In this document: piece by piece, positions 46,168 to 56,738 of the stretch
How the letters are laid out: each line of letters starts with the position of its first letter
Position numbering within the stretch: position 1 is the stretch's first letter
Virus record (IMG/VR): IMGVR_UViG_3300042261_002385
Coordinates: 310,001-374,000 of that record
Reading direction: 5' to 3' (one strand)
DNA: 64,000 nucleotides
Position numbers and translations under genes: made by a program
The notes under the pieces: generated by a model
The model's input: only the letters and a program-made list of their open reading frames with translations
Databases searched by the model: none
What the model was told of the DNA's origin: nothing

Positions 46168-47004
46168 ATGAGAAACACAAAAACTTACAATGAGCTCGTT
46201 CAAAAGATGCGAGCATTTTTTTTGCAAAAAGGATTTATTGAAGTCCCAACACAATCAAGATTATCAATCTTAGCAGCATGTGAAAATCCACATTCAATTA
46301 CAACATTTAACTATTCGGGTGAAGTTTGGCCACTTCCACAAACCGGTCAAATGTGGTTAGAACACGAACTATTAAAAAATCCAGAATGGCCTGGTTGTTT
46401 CTGTATATCAACTTCTTACAGACAAGAGAAAACTCCAATTCCAGGACGACATGAGTTAATTTTTCCTATGTTTGAGTTTGAATCAAAAGGTGGTATGAAA
46501 GAACTACTTAAGTTAGAATCTGAACTATTAGAACATTTAGGATTTGACCAACCAGTTGAAGTCAACTATAATGATGTTTGTGAAGAATACGGTGGTGTAT
46601 CTATTTTAGAAGATGAACACGAAAGTAGAATGTGGAAAGAAAAAGGTTCTGTAGTGTCACTTCAAAATTTTCCAAGAAGAACAAATCCTTTCTGGAATAT
46701 GCAACACAATAATGGTGAAATCTTTAACAAAGTAGATGTTATTCTTTATGGTCAAGAAACAATCGGTTCGGCTGAAAGAAGCTGTGATGTTGATAAAATG
46801 AAAGAAATGTTTTATACAATTGAAGAAGGCAGATATTCACAAAAACTTTTTGAATTATTCGGAAAAGAAAGAGTTGAATCTGAACTAGAAGTGTTTTTAC
46901 AATATGAATTCTTTCCACGTTTTGGAGGAGGAATTGGTATGACAAGATTAGCAAGAGCTTATGAAATGATGTTACAAGAAAAGAAAGTAGAGGAGTTAGT
47001 ATAA
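46168..47004 (+). CDS. Class II aaRS (Asp/Asn/Lys) catalytic-domain protein lacking the anticodon domain; AsnRS2/asparagine-synthetase-like
   Basis: Motif 1 RAFFLQKGFIEV, motif 2 SYRQE...RH...FPMFEFE, motif 3 GGGIGMTRL; no N-terminal OB domain; start 46168. Confidence 0.75.
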   Translation: MRNTKTYNELVQKMRAFFLQKGFIEVPTQSRLSILAACENPHSITTFNYSGEVWPLPQTGQMWLEHELLKNPEWPGCFCISTSYRQEKTPIPGRHELIFPMFEFESKGGMKELLKLESELLEHLGFDQPVEVNYNDVCEEYGGVSILEDEHESRMWKEKGSVVSLQNFPRRTNPFWNMQHNNGEIFNKVDVILYGQETIGSAERSCDVDKMKEMFYTIEEGRYSQKLFELFGKERVESELEVFLQYEFFPRFGGGIGMTRLARAYEMMLQEKKVEELV

Positions 47005-47027
47005 TTGTAGATAATATAATTGTAGTT

Positions 47028-47055
47028 AAGGGAAGTTAAAAGCTTCCCTTTTTTT
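47028..47055 (+). terminator. Intrinsic terminator
   Basis: AAGGGAAG-TTAAAAG-CTTCCCTT followed by a T-run. Confidence 0.75.
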
Positions 47056-47103
47056 ATTAAACATTTTTTTTATTTTAACATAAAATAATTAAATTAATTT
47101 AAA

Positions 47104-47706
47104 GTGGTGATTATAGTCGATGGTGTAGTTGGTGCTGGAAAAAGCACTCTTTCTGAAAAAATAAGTAAAACTCTTAACATTCCTGTTTTTTATGAGTTAC
47201 AAAATCAAACTACGATGAATCTTTTAGAAGATTTCTATAGAGATAAAAGTAGATGGTCATTTGCACTTCAGATACATTTTCTAAACGAAAGATTTAGAAT
47301 GATAAAAGAAATACATAAAAACGGTAGTGGTATATTAGACCGTTCTATTTTCGGAGACAGAATTTTTGCACAAATGCTAAATGAAGATGGTTGGATGACA
47401 GACGATGAATTTGACACTTATTCAACTCTACTTAACAATATGTTGGAACACGCTAAAAAACCAGATTTACTTGTTTATATAGACTGTGATTTAGAGACCG
47501 CAATGTCCAGAATAAATAAAAGAGGTCGAGAAATGGAACAAAGAGTCGATGAAATTTACTGGAAAAGACTCAACGATAAATATACAAGTTGGTATAATTC
47601 ATATGATATATCAGACAAAATTTCTATTGATGCCACATCATACCATCCTGATGATGAATCTGAAATACAAAAAATCTGTAACAAAATTCTAGAATTCACT
47701 ACTTAA
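47104..47706 (+). CDS. Deoxynucleoside kinase (dAK/dGK family)
   Basis: DGVVGAGKST P-loop, LQIHFLNERF, DRSIFGD, RINKRGREME. Confidence 0.92.
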   Translation: MVIIVDGVVGAGKSTLSEKISKTLNIPVFYELQNQTTMNLLEDFYRDKSRWSFALQIHFLNERFRMIKEIHKNGSGILDRSIFGDRIFAQMLNEDGWMTDDEFDTYSTLLNNMLEHAKKPDLLVYIDCDLETAMSRINKRGREMEQRVDEIYWKRLNDKYTSWYNSYDISDKISIDATSYHPDDESEIQKICNKILEFTT

Positions 47707-47716
47707 TATATAATAA

Positions 47717-48370
47717 GTGAAACATCTTAGAAAATTTTTTGAATCAATAGACTACACTAAAGAAGAGATTTTAGAAAATTTTCTGTTTATATCTGATAAA
47801 TTTGGAGAACCAGAAATCCACTCCTCTAAATACGGACAATCTCAAAAATGGATAATCAATTGGGACATAAGATTAGACCTTTCTGTTTTACAAGAAGCTG
47901 AAAATTTAATAAACAAATTAAAAGATTTAGTTGAAGATATTGATGATGTTTTAGCAGCTACATCGAGATTGGAGGACTTTAATATCAATATGAGTCTAAC
48001 CAATAAACTTAGACTCGAGCTAGTTCCTAAAGACACAGGAGATACTAATTACAAATTTATTGATAGATTTGAATCAAGAGCTCTTTATGTGAGAATAAAT
48101 GAGATTGAGAGATTCTTCAACGCTAAAGGATTAAGAATAGAAAAGTGGGATAATGAAAGCTCCTATAATGAATATAATCAAACTAATGAGTTAGAGATTG
48201 TATTGAATAAAAGAGACAACGAGGTCACGCATGAATTCTATAGATTAATTATGGCAGAACTAAATGAGTTTAGAGACGACAGAGATTATCAAGTAAGGTC
48301 TCAAGGTCATAGCACCATAGTGATATATCCTGATGAAGAAAAATCTTGGATCGAAGTAACAAGTAATTAA
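47717..48370 (+). CDS. Hypothetical protein with CTS-like N-terminus
   Basis: GTG start, MKHLRKFFES; TAATATATA upstream. Confidence 0.75.
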   Translation: MKHLRKFFESIDYTKEEILENFLFISDKFGEPEIHSSKYGQSQKWIINWDIRLDLSVLQEAENLINKLKDLVEDIDDVLAATSRLEDFNINMSLTNKLRLELVPKDTGDTNYKFIDRFESRALYVRINEIERFFNAKGLRIEKWDNESSYNEYNQTNELEIVLNKRDNEVTHEFYRLIMAELNEFRDDRDYQVRSQGHSTIVIYPDEEKSWIEVTSN

Positions 48371-48565
48371 TTATCTTACTTGACTTTTTATTATTTCAAC
48401 CGTCTCATTCTGAAATCCCTCAAATAAATTTTTACGGTCTAAAGTAAATCTTGAAACACCTAAAGTATTTGCGTTGTGAAAAGAATATAACTTTCCTAAA
48501 TTGACAAAGTGTTCAATTCTTCCAGTTAATTTCCATCTTACACAAATAACAGTTTGACTTCTCAT
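48371..48565 (-). CDS. Small hypothetical protein
   Basis: 64-aa ORF filling the gap downstream of the phosphoesterase. Confidence 0.5.
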   Translation of the reverse strand: MRSQTVICVRWKLTGRIEHFVNLGKLYSFHNANTLGVSRFTLDRKNLFEGFQNETVEIIKSQVR

Positions 48566-48592
48566 TTCTTATTTTTTAAAAAGAAGAGAGAG

Positions 48593-49354
48593 TTAATCTC
48601 TCTCTTCCCATAACTCATTTACGTTCAGTAACCGATGTTTGATACCATCATAATTCATTTCATAACTTTTATGAAAATGTCCATAATAATTATGAGTGAT
48701 ATTATTGTTCATTTTTAGAATAGTAAAAGCATCAGTAACTTGCTGTCTCTCTACAAGTAAATCTGTTTTAAGTTTGGTATCACCACTTTCTCTAACAATT
48801 TTTTCAACGAAAGGACCAAAACCAAAAGTGTTATCGGGTTCGCAGTAGTGAGGAGCAGTATGAGTGACAACTATATCAATATTTCTCATTTCACCTAACT
48901 TGTCTCTATCTAAAATAAATGCTTCGTCTGGCCACCAACTTTCACGACCCAAAGTTTGATTTTCAAAAATTCCTAATTTTTGTTCTTTAGTATAACGCCA
49001 AGTTCTATCAACACTGACAGCACCTCCGATACATAGAATTCTTTTATCACAGAGTTCTAAAACTGTGTAATCAGGTATTAGGTGAATGTTACTAAAACCA
49101 AAAGGATCGTTGTCAAAGTGAGGCTTATAATCATGATTTCCACGAATAGCCCAAATATGAACATTGTTCTTTACTAATTGAGTATGATACATTTCAAGAA
49201 GTCTCTTTTCTTTTTCTAAAGTTTGAAATCCAACTCCGAAGTCACCAACTTGAATTATATGAGCATTTTCAATACCATACAACTTAAGATATTGATGTAT
49301 GATAGCAAAATGACCGTGAATATCACCGAGAAACATTAATCTCATATTTTTCAT
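48593..49354 (-). CDS. Calcineurin-like metallophosphoesterase
   Basis: GDIHG, GDFG, RGNHD, THTAP, GHFH. Confidence 0.92.
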   Translation of the reverse strand: MKNMRLMFLGDIHGHFAIIHQYLKLYGIENAHIIQVGDFGVGFQTLEKEKRLLEMYHTQLVKNNVHIWAIRGNHDYKPHFDNDPFGFSNIHLIPDYTVLELCDKRILCIGGAVSVDRTWRYTKEQKLGIFENQTLGRESWWPDEAFILDRDKLGEMRNIDIVVTHTAPHYCEPDNTFGFGPFVEKIVRESGDTKLKTDLLVERQQVTDAFTILKMNNNITHNYYGHFHKSYEMNYDGIKHRLLNVNELWEERD

Positions 49355-49482
49355 AATTACAAATTTAGTAAAAAAAATTCAGATTCGCAAAATTATTATA
49401 GTTATATCATGATGTTACATGAATTTTTGTGTTATTTCAACAATTTTGGTAAATATTATATAATTTTTTATATATAAGTTAT

Positions 49483-50049
49483 ATGAAAACCATGAAAAAC
49501 TTCCAATCCTTCAATGAAGGATTTGGCAAAATCACCAATTACCTTAAGGGATTAATTAAACGAGGAGGAGACTTTGCATCAGAAGTTTGGTTAGTTACTA
49601 AAAGAGAAAGTCAGGAAACAAAAATTGCTGTTGAAATACTCGGAAGAATGCTAAAAGGAGAAGAAGTTTCAGATTCTGAAAAAAAATTTGTAAAAAAACA
49701 ATCAGGTGACATTGTTAGAATTCTTCCATTAGTTGCTATATCTGGTCTTCCGATACCTCTTCCGATTACACCATTATTAATAATACTGGGTAAAAAATAT
49801 GGTTTTGATTTCTTACCGAGAGACCATAGAGGTATGCTAAAAAATTATGTAGAATTACCTGAAGACTTAAAATCTCAATTATTGAACTCACCAGAATCTG
49901 GCATGGGATTTCATATTGTAGATATACTTTTAAAAAACGGAAGATTTTTAAAAGAAAGGACTGTAATAAATTCAAGTCAGTTATTATTAAACGTTGATGA
50001 AGAAATCACAACTGAAGATATAGATGAAATTTTTACATCTGAGTTTTAG
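49483..50049 (+). CDS. Hypothetical two-domain protein (LETM1-like N-terminal region) with CTS-like start
   Basis: EVSDSEKKFVKKQSGDIVRILPLVAISGLPIPLPITPLL; starts MKTMKNFQSFNEG. Confidence 0.55.
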   Translation: MKTMKNFQSFNEGFGKITNYLKGLIKRGGDFASEVWLVTKRESQETKIAVEILGRMLKGEEVSDSEKKFVKKQSGDIVRILPLVAISGLPIPLPITPLLIILGKKYGFDFLPRDHRGMLKNYVELPEDLKSQLLNSPESGMGFHIVDILLKNGRFLKERTVINSSQLLLNVDEEITTEDIDEIFTSEF

Positions 50050-50057
50050 AATAGAAA

Positions 50058-50597
50058 TCAGATGTTAAGTATTTTTTGAATAACTTTCGGAAAGTATTCT
50101 TTTTCCAGTTCTTTAATTTTAATTTGAAGGCTCTCCGGTGTGTCTGAGTCACTAACATCACATTTAAACTGACTAATTATTTCACCTTTGTCGTATTCGG
50201 AATTAACCCAATGTATCGTTATACCACTTTCTGATTCTCTGGATTCAATCACCGATTTGTGAACATTTAATCCCCACATACCTTTACCACCAAATTTTGG
50301 AAGTAGTGATGGGTGTATGTTTATAGTTTTAAATTCAAGTAAGAATTCATTTGGAACTTGCTTAAGAAATCCGGCAAGAACTACTAAATCTGGTTTATAC
50401 TCTTTTACAATATTGATTAGACTTTTCCAACTAACAAAAATTGTATGGTCTATTTCATTTTCAAAAGCGACTTGACAAGCGCCACACTCTTTATCAGTAA
50501 CAATAAAACTTACTTTTACATCAGTGTCTTTAAAATAATTGATTATGTTTTGAGCATTAGTTCCTTGACCGGATGCCATTATACAGATACTAGCCAT
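50058..50597 (-). CDS. purN: Phosphoribosylglycinamide formyltransferase
   Basis: ASGQGTNAQ, LAGFLK, INIHPSLLPKFGG.G, GITIHWV...DKGEII; start 50597. Confidence 0.9.
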   Translation of the reverse strand: MASICIMASGQGTNAQNIINYFKDTDVKVSFIVTDKECGACQVAFENEIDHTIFVSWKSLINIVKEYKPDLVVLAGFLKQVPNEFLLEFKTINIHPSLLPKFGGKGMWGLNVHKSVIESRESESGITIHWVNSEYDKGEIISQFKCDVSDSDTPESLQIKIKELEKEYFPKVIQKILNI

Positions 50598-50808
50598 TAT
50601 AGACTTCAAATCGTTTTTTACCATCTACTTCTTCATTCCAAGATGTAAGTGGTCTTGCATAATAAGAACCAAAAAGAACAGACTTATAAATCACAAGAAG
50701 TTCACCACTCTCGCTATGAGGTGCCATAAATAAAAATTCATAAATACCGCCTTTATAATGTTTATAAAGGCGACCAGGTGCTGGATAATTTATCATACTT
50801 GGTTCCAT
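50590..50808 (-). CDS. DUF1653-family protein
   Basis: YKHYKGGIYE...A.HSE.GE.LVIY...YARP...W......KRF. Confidence 0.85.
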   Translation of the reverse strand: MEPSMINYPAPGRLYKHYKGGIYEFLFMAPHSESGELLVIYKSVLFGSYYARPLTSWNEEVDGKKRFEVYNG

Positions 50809-50823
50809 ATTATTTTATTTTAA

Positions 50824-51255
50824 TTATTTACTCATTAAGTATTCAACGACTTGTGACCAAGTCATAAATTTTTCATCCTTACCAAAAAAGATATGCTCTC
50901 CTTCAAATTCAGTTTGACCGTGACGGTAGTCATCATCAATAAGATAATCACCTTTAACTAAAGACTTGTCTGGACAAAGTATAAGTTTAAATAACATATC
51001 TTCACCAAAATATTTTTTAATCCATTCAGCTTTTTCAGTATAACAATGTGTGTTTTTAATTGAAGGTCTTGTAAGAATCCAAACATCATATTTTGTCATA
51101 AGAGTATTCATTCCTTCAATAGCACCTTCTATTGGTTCTAAATCTAAGAAGAAACCTACTTTAGAATGCGGATATTTTAATTTATATTCACCGGTTTTGA
51201 ATGGAGTGATAAAATCACATAGTGTATCATCCATATCTACATATACTCTTTTCAT
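50824..51255 (-). CDS. 5'(3')-deoxyribonucleotidase (NT5C, HAD)
   Basis: VYVDMDDTLCDF, EK.EWI..YF, DKSLV.GDYLIDD; start 51255. Confidence 0.9.
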   Translation of the reverse strand: MKRVYVDMDDTLCDFITPFKTGEYKLKYPHSKVGFFLDLEPIEGAIEGMNTLMTKYDVWILTRPSIKNTHCYTEKAEWIKKYFGEDMLFKLILCPDKSLVKGDYLIDDDYRHGQTEFEGEHIFFGKDEKFMTWSQVVEYLMSK

Positions 51256-51272
51256 AGTATAAATATACAAAA

Positions 51273-51476
51273 TTATTTTAAAAGTTGAGATATTTTTTCT
51301 CGTCTTTTCCCATTTATCCAATTATGAAATCTATCAACACTTACAACTTCACCTTTACCACTATCGAATTGTAAATCTATCCAGTTACTAACAATTTTAT
51401 AAGATATAACTTTTATTGATGACTTATATCTTAAATCTTCTTGTGTGAATTCGGTGAGTTTTTCTAAAGTAATCAC
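51273..51476 (-). CDS. Small hypothetical protein ending RREKISQLLK
   Basis: 67-aa ORF with GTGA overlap; recurrent C-terminal motif. Confidence 0.6.
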   Translation of the reverse strand: MITLEKLTEFTQEDLRYKSSIKVISYKIVSNWIDLQFDSGKGEVVSVDRFHNWINGKRREKISQLLK

Positions 51477-51811
51477 TTGATTATATTTTGTATTTTTTCC
51501 TCTCTATTTCTTGAAATCAATTCAGCATTAAAAGGTATCAAATTTTCATCAAAATTATACTTATAAATTTTTCCATTGTCTTGCCAAACAACATAAGAAG
51601 AAAAAGATACCTTATTTCCGAGATAATCTACTCCGGTAAATGCTTCTTTGTGAAGACTTTTTCCAAGCCCATCTCTTTTAAGTTCGATTTCCGATATTAT
51701 ACCTAAAAGTTGATCAAAATCAACATTAATTTCTATAATCTCTTCCCCTGTGGTTGATATATAATCACCCGATTTTAGAAATTTAACCTTTAATATTTTT
51801 TCTATTTCCAT
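51473..51811 (-). CDS. Hypothetical protein ending REEKIQNIIK
   Basis: 112-aa ORF directly after purA. Confidence 0.7.
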   Translation of the reverse strand: MEIEKILKVKFLKSGDYISTTGEEIIEINVDFDQLLGIISEIELKRDGLGKSLHKEAFTGVDYLGNKVSFSSYVVWQDNGKIYKYNFDENLIPFNAELISRNREEKIQNIIK

Positions 51812-51812
51812 A

Positions 51813-53099
<1,287 letters not shown>

Positions 53100-53111
53100 T
53101 TATTTAAATTT

Positions 53112-53612
53112 TTATTGATTGAAAAGTTGTTCTAGATTGTTATCTCTAATAATTCCGGATTCTTGTAAGACAGTTGATAATATATCAGTAAAATTTTCTC
53201 TGTTTATTTCAATTAGTCTTTGTTTAATAGTGTCAATTAATTCATCGAACATCTGAGTGTCTTGGTAATAAGACCTTTTATGGTAAGCATAATTAAATGA
53301 AAAACCTTCTTTATTAACAGTAATCTCTAAGTAATTATCATCGTTATAAAGAGTATTTTTCTGTCGTTTTTTAATATTTGTTATATCTGGTATAGAAATA
53401 GAAAATTCATCGTCTGTAAAAGTAATTCTCAATCCTTCATTATAACAAATTAGACTCAAAATCAACTGTTTAGTTTTTTCTGAGACTTCAGAATCATAAA
53501 GTGAGTATTCTGGTTTTTCTCTCATAACTACTTCAGATTTCTGAAGCATACTCACCTCGTTATAAATTATTTGAGCTATTTTCTGAAGTTTTTTAGTTTT
53601 CTTCTTTTTCAT
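53112..53612 (-). CDS. Hypothetical protein ending IRDNNLEQLF
   Basis: First gene of the purA operon; AAC-N16-TATA promoter. Confidence 0.7.
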   Translation of the reverse strand: MKKKKTKKLQKIAQIIYNEVSMLQKSEVVMREKPEYSLYDSEVSEKTKQLILSLICYNEGLRITFTDDEFSISIPDITNIKKRQKNTLYNDDNYLEITVNKEGFSFNYAYHKRSYYQDTQMFDELIDTIKQRLIEINRENFTDILSTVLQESGIIRDNNLEQLFNQ

Positions 53613-53683
53613 ACAAATTATTGTATAGATTATAAATTAATTTGTTTAATTAATTTTGACAACAGATTTTTATATATACTATT

Positions 53684-54694
53684 ATGATTAGTAGATATAA
53701 TGAATTCCTTTTAGAAAAAGAGTTTAATCTTATAGTAGATGATATTTTTCGTTTAGTTGAATCTGAAGGTGTTTGGACAAGTCCAAATACTATTGAATGG
53801 GATATGACTAAAAAAGAAGAACCTCAAACAAGTAAGGATTGGGTTGATAGAACAATTGAAAGGCTTTCAAAATTTGTTAAGAGTTTGAGTAAAGAAAAAG
53901 CTAGAGAGTATTTTGTAAAATTACTCAACAAACTTAAACCACTTCCTGAATTAACCAGAAGATATTTAATTACACATTATACAAGTGTCTTCTTGACAGT
54001 GGCTTCTTTAGCTTTTCTATTCAGTTATCAAGATGACACTAGTGTGTCTCAAGATCCGACTCAAACGGTTAAAGTAGAAAAGGTTGAGAAAATAGATCCT
54101 CAAATTGAACAAGAAGTAGTTGAGTTAACTAAGAAATCATCTTTTGAAGAAGCCCAGAATTCTGTTAAAGAAGTAGAGGCTGGTTTTTCAGATGACAGAG
54201 GAGATAGCGGTAACTATATTGAAGTAACTGGTGGAAAAAGATTTTTAGGAACAAATCATGGAATTTCCGCTCCGGTTTTACAAAAATGGATGCAAGACCA
54301 AGGTATAAAGAGACTTCCAACAAAAGAAGATATGATGAATCTTTCTTATAAAACAGCACTTGAAATCTATAAAAAAGACTACTGGGATGCGCAAAAACTT
54401 ACCGATTTGTGTAATCAAAATGTAGCTAATATTGTTTATGATGGGTGTGTCAACCAAGGTATTGATGCTATGAATGAAATAATCACAAATGCTCTTTCTG
54501 AACAAGGTGTCAAAGTAAAAGGGTGGTGTTTTACTAATAAAGGAATTTCTAAAATGAATTCTTGTAATCAACAACAACTTTTTGATTCTATTAAAAAGGG
54601 AAGAGAATCAAGGTATAAACAAGCTCCTACCTGGTCAAGACATGGTGAAGGTTGGATGAATAGATTAAATTCAATAGAATTTGTTCAAGCATGA
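53684..54694 (+). CDS. GH108-family muramidase with CTS-like N-terminus and internal hydrophobic segment
   Basis: EAGFSDDRGDSGN...GTNHGIS, A.EIYKKDYWD, DG.VNQG, GWMNR; starts MISRYNEFLLE. Confidence 0.8.
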   Translation: MISRYNEFLLEKEFNLIVDDIFRLVESEGVWTSPNTIEWDMTKKEEPQTSKDWVDRTIERLSKFVKSLSKEKAREYFVKLLNKLKPLPELTRRYLITHYTSVFLTVASLAFLFSYQDDTSVSQDPTQTVKVEKVEKIDPQIEQEVVELTKKSSFEEAQNSVKEVEAGFSDDRGDSGNYIEVTGGKRFLGTNHGISAPVLQKWMQDQGIKRLPTKEDMMNLSYKTALEIYKKDYWDAQKLTDLCNQNVANIVYDGCVNQGIDAMNEIITNALSEQGVKVKGWCFTNKGISKMNSCNQQQLFDSIKKGRESRYKQAPTWSRHGEGWMNRLNSIEFVQA

Positions 54695-55662
54695 AACACT
54701 TAAACTCATATAAAGTATTTGAATCAGTTGAAGAAATCAGTTCGATAGTTGATGATTATATAAAAGACTGTAAATGGGATATACAAAACTCACTCGGTAA
54801 TTGTGCATTTTTTGCTAAAGATTTTTATGAATGGTGTCAATCAAAAGAGTATGATTGCAAACTTATCTATTTAAAACAAGATGAAGATTTTATAGTAGGC
54901 GATGAAATAGAAGACCACATTGCTCCTATGATTGATGAACAACTAATAGACTTTGTTTATACTCCAATTGGTGTTTCTAAGAGAGTGAGACAAAACTCAG
55001 CAAATGCTATCAAAAGACAGTTATATCCAGAAATAACTCAAAAAAACAATATTGTTGAAAAATATGGACACTGGGGATATAACACAATTGAAGAAGTTAG
55101 TTATGAAGAAGCGTACCAGGGAAACAATCCAAAATGCACAACAATTGATTATCCAAATAGGTTAAATGAAACTATAAAAGTCCCAATTGAAGTCGGTGAT
55201 ACCGTTTTAGGTGGGAGATTTAAAAATAAAAAGATGATTGTGAAGAAAATCGGAAAGAACAAAAAAGGAGATATTACCATAAATGATAAACCACTTCTTA
55301 AATTTAGATTAGTTAAAGAAAATTTACAAGAAGAGGTTGATTACTATTTCAGACATCTAGAGGATGATAATTTTTTATTTCAAGTAGAAGTTGATTATTT
55401 TAGAATATTTAAACCAATAAATGAATCGGTATATTCATATTCAAATTGTAAACCATTTCAATGGTCCGAAATTTCTGGTGAAATATCAAGATATGTGATT
55501 GAATTGGATGATAGTGAAACCAGCGAAAAGTCGATTGATTATTCTTATGTTGTAAGAAAAATAGGCGATGTAGCTAGTAGAACACAAATACCGACACAGA
55601 TGTTATTAGATGAAAATTTTGATTGTGGTGAAATTTTGAGTTTTACAATTGGTTTTAGATAA
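54691..55662 (+). CDS. Multi-module hypothetical protein with CTS-like start and a possible Cys-His-Asp domain
   Basis: MKHLNSYKVFES; GNCAFFA...DHIAP...IDF; basic middle module; acidic last module. Confidence 0.65.
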   Translation: MKHLNSYKVFESVEEISSIVDDYIKDCKWDIQNSLGNCAFFAKDFYEWCQSKEYDCKLIYLKQDEDFIVGDEIEDHIAPMIDEQLIDFVYTPIGVSKRVRQNSANAIKRQLYPEITQKNNIVEKYGHWGYNTIEEVSYEEAYQGNNPKCTTIDYPNRLNETIKVPIEVGDTVLGGRFKNKKMIVKKIGKNKKGDITINDKPLLKFRLVKENLQEEVDYYFRHLEDDNFLFQVEVDYFRIFKPINESVYSYSNCKPFQWSEISGEISRYVIELDDSETSEKSIDYSYVVRKIGDVASRTQIPTQMLLDENFDCGEILSFTIGFR

Positions 55663-55706
55663 ACTTTTTTTTTATAAGTAAATATAATATCCAAATAAAT
55701 CAGAAT

Positions 55707-55934
55707 ATGGAAAATAGTAAACCAGTAAAAAAATCAAACAGAAGAAAAAAAAAGAAAACTGTTAAAAGAGATTGGAAGACACTTCGTTTTATGTGTTTAA
55801 ATCAAGAAGGTAAATTTGAAATTATTGAATTTCCATCAATACTTGGACAAAATTATATTGACACTTTTGGCCTTCTTAAAGTTAGAACAAAAGAAGAAGT
55901 AAAAACCTGGTTGGCTTATAACAATGTATTTTAG
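55707..55934 (+). CDS. Small basic hypothetical protein
   Basis: 75-aa ORF overlapping rpiB; AAC-N16-AATA promoter. Confidence 0.62.
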   Translation: MENSKPVKKSNRRKKKKTVKRDWKTLRFMCLNQEGKFEIIEFPSILGQNYIDTFGLLKVRTKEEVKTWLAYNNVF

Positions 55935-56373
55935 AATTTCCATAGGATCCGACCACGCAGGTTTTGAGATTAAAGAAATCATCAAATCCTATTTACAAAA
56001 TCAAACTGAACATAAAATCGATTTAAATGATTTTGGTTGCTACTCTGAAGACAGAGTTGATTATCCAGACTTCGCACATTTAGTCGCGGGTCAAATTTCT
56101 GAAAATAAAGCTGATTTAGGAATATTAGTATGTGGTTCAGGAAACGGAATCTCAATGGCTGCTAATAAATGGTCTGGTATCAGATGTGCACTTTGTTGGA
56201 ATCCGGAAATTTCTAAAATGGCACGTTTACACAACGATGCTAATATACTTTCTCTTCCTGGTAGATATATATCTGAAGAAGATGCAATTGAATGTGTCAA
56301 AGAATTCTTAAACACAAGTTTTGAAGGTGGTAGACACTCGGATAGAATACAAAAAATTTCAAAAAATTTTTAA
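55924..56373 (+). CDS. rpiB: Ribose-5-phosphate isomerase B
   Basis: IGSDHAGF, VDYPDFA, CGSGNG.SM.ANK..GIRCALCW, ARLHNDANIL, FEGGRH..RI. Confidence 0.95.
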   Translation: MYFRISIGSDHAGFEIKEIIKSYLQNQTEHKIDLNDFGCYSEDRVDYPDFAHLVAGQISENKADLGILVCGSGNGISMAANKWSGIRCALCWNPEISKMARLHNDANILSLPGRYISEEDAIECVKEFLNTSFEGGRHSDRIQKISKNF

Positions 56374-56490
56374 ATTTTTTTTTCTCTGAAACGCCTTTAT
56401 TTAAAAGAATTTATTAATTTTGTATAATAATTTGATAACTTTAACATAATTTTTACTTAATAAATAATCTACAAAAAAGAATCCGTGACT

Positions 56491-56715
56491 ATGAAAACTT
56501 GCCCTACTCTGATTAGAGAAAACGCTATTAAAAAGCTTAGAGGAAATGAACCTTGTGAAAAATCAAAACCAGTAGTAGATAAGTTTTTTTGGTATTTAGA
56601 TTGCTATTGCGCTGAGTTAAAACACACAGAAGATGATGTCCTTCTCAATGATGATCACTATGCATCAGTTTGGAGTCTTTTCTCAAATATTGTTCTTAAA
56701 GAAAAAGTTGATTAA
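56491..56715 (+). CDS. Small hypothetical protein
   Basis: About 74 aa; ATG 56491 or GTG 56485. Confidence 0.55.
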   Translation: MKTCPTLIRENAIKKLRGNEPCEKSKPVVDKFFWYLDCYCAELKHTEDDVLLNDDHYASVWSLFSNIVLKEKVD

Positions 56716-56738
56716 TTACTCTTCTTAAATTTGTATTT

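Noticed and set aside
4474-47004. Eukaryotic giant-virus (NCLDV) origin suggested by DUF5824-like and AsnRS-like genes
   Set aside because: Outweighed by peptidoglycan hydrolases, baseplate genes, bacterial IF3/def/ClpP, intrinsic terminators and operon-style overlaps.
5739-51321. Several ORF-track start codons (5774, 11952, 13674, 14602, 16455, 17514, 46057, 50624, 51321)
   Set aside because: They extend through promoter or terminator sequence; downstream ATGs fit promoter spacing and family N-termini better.
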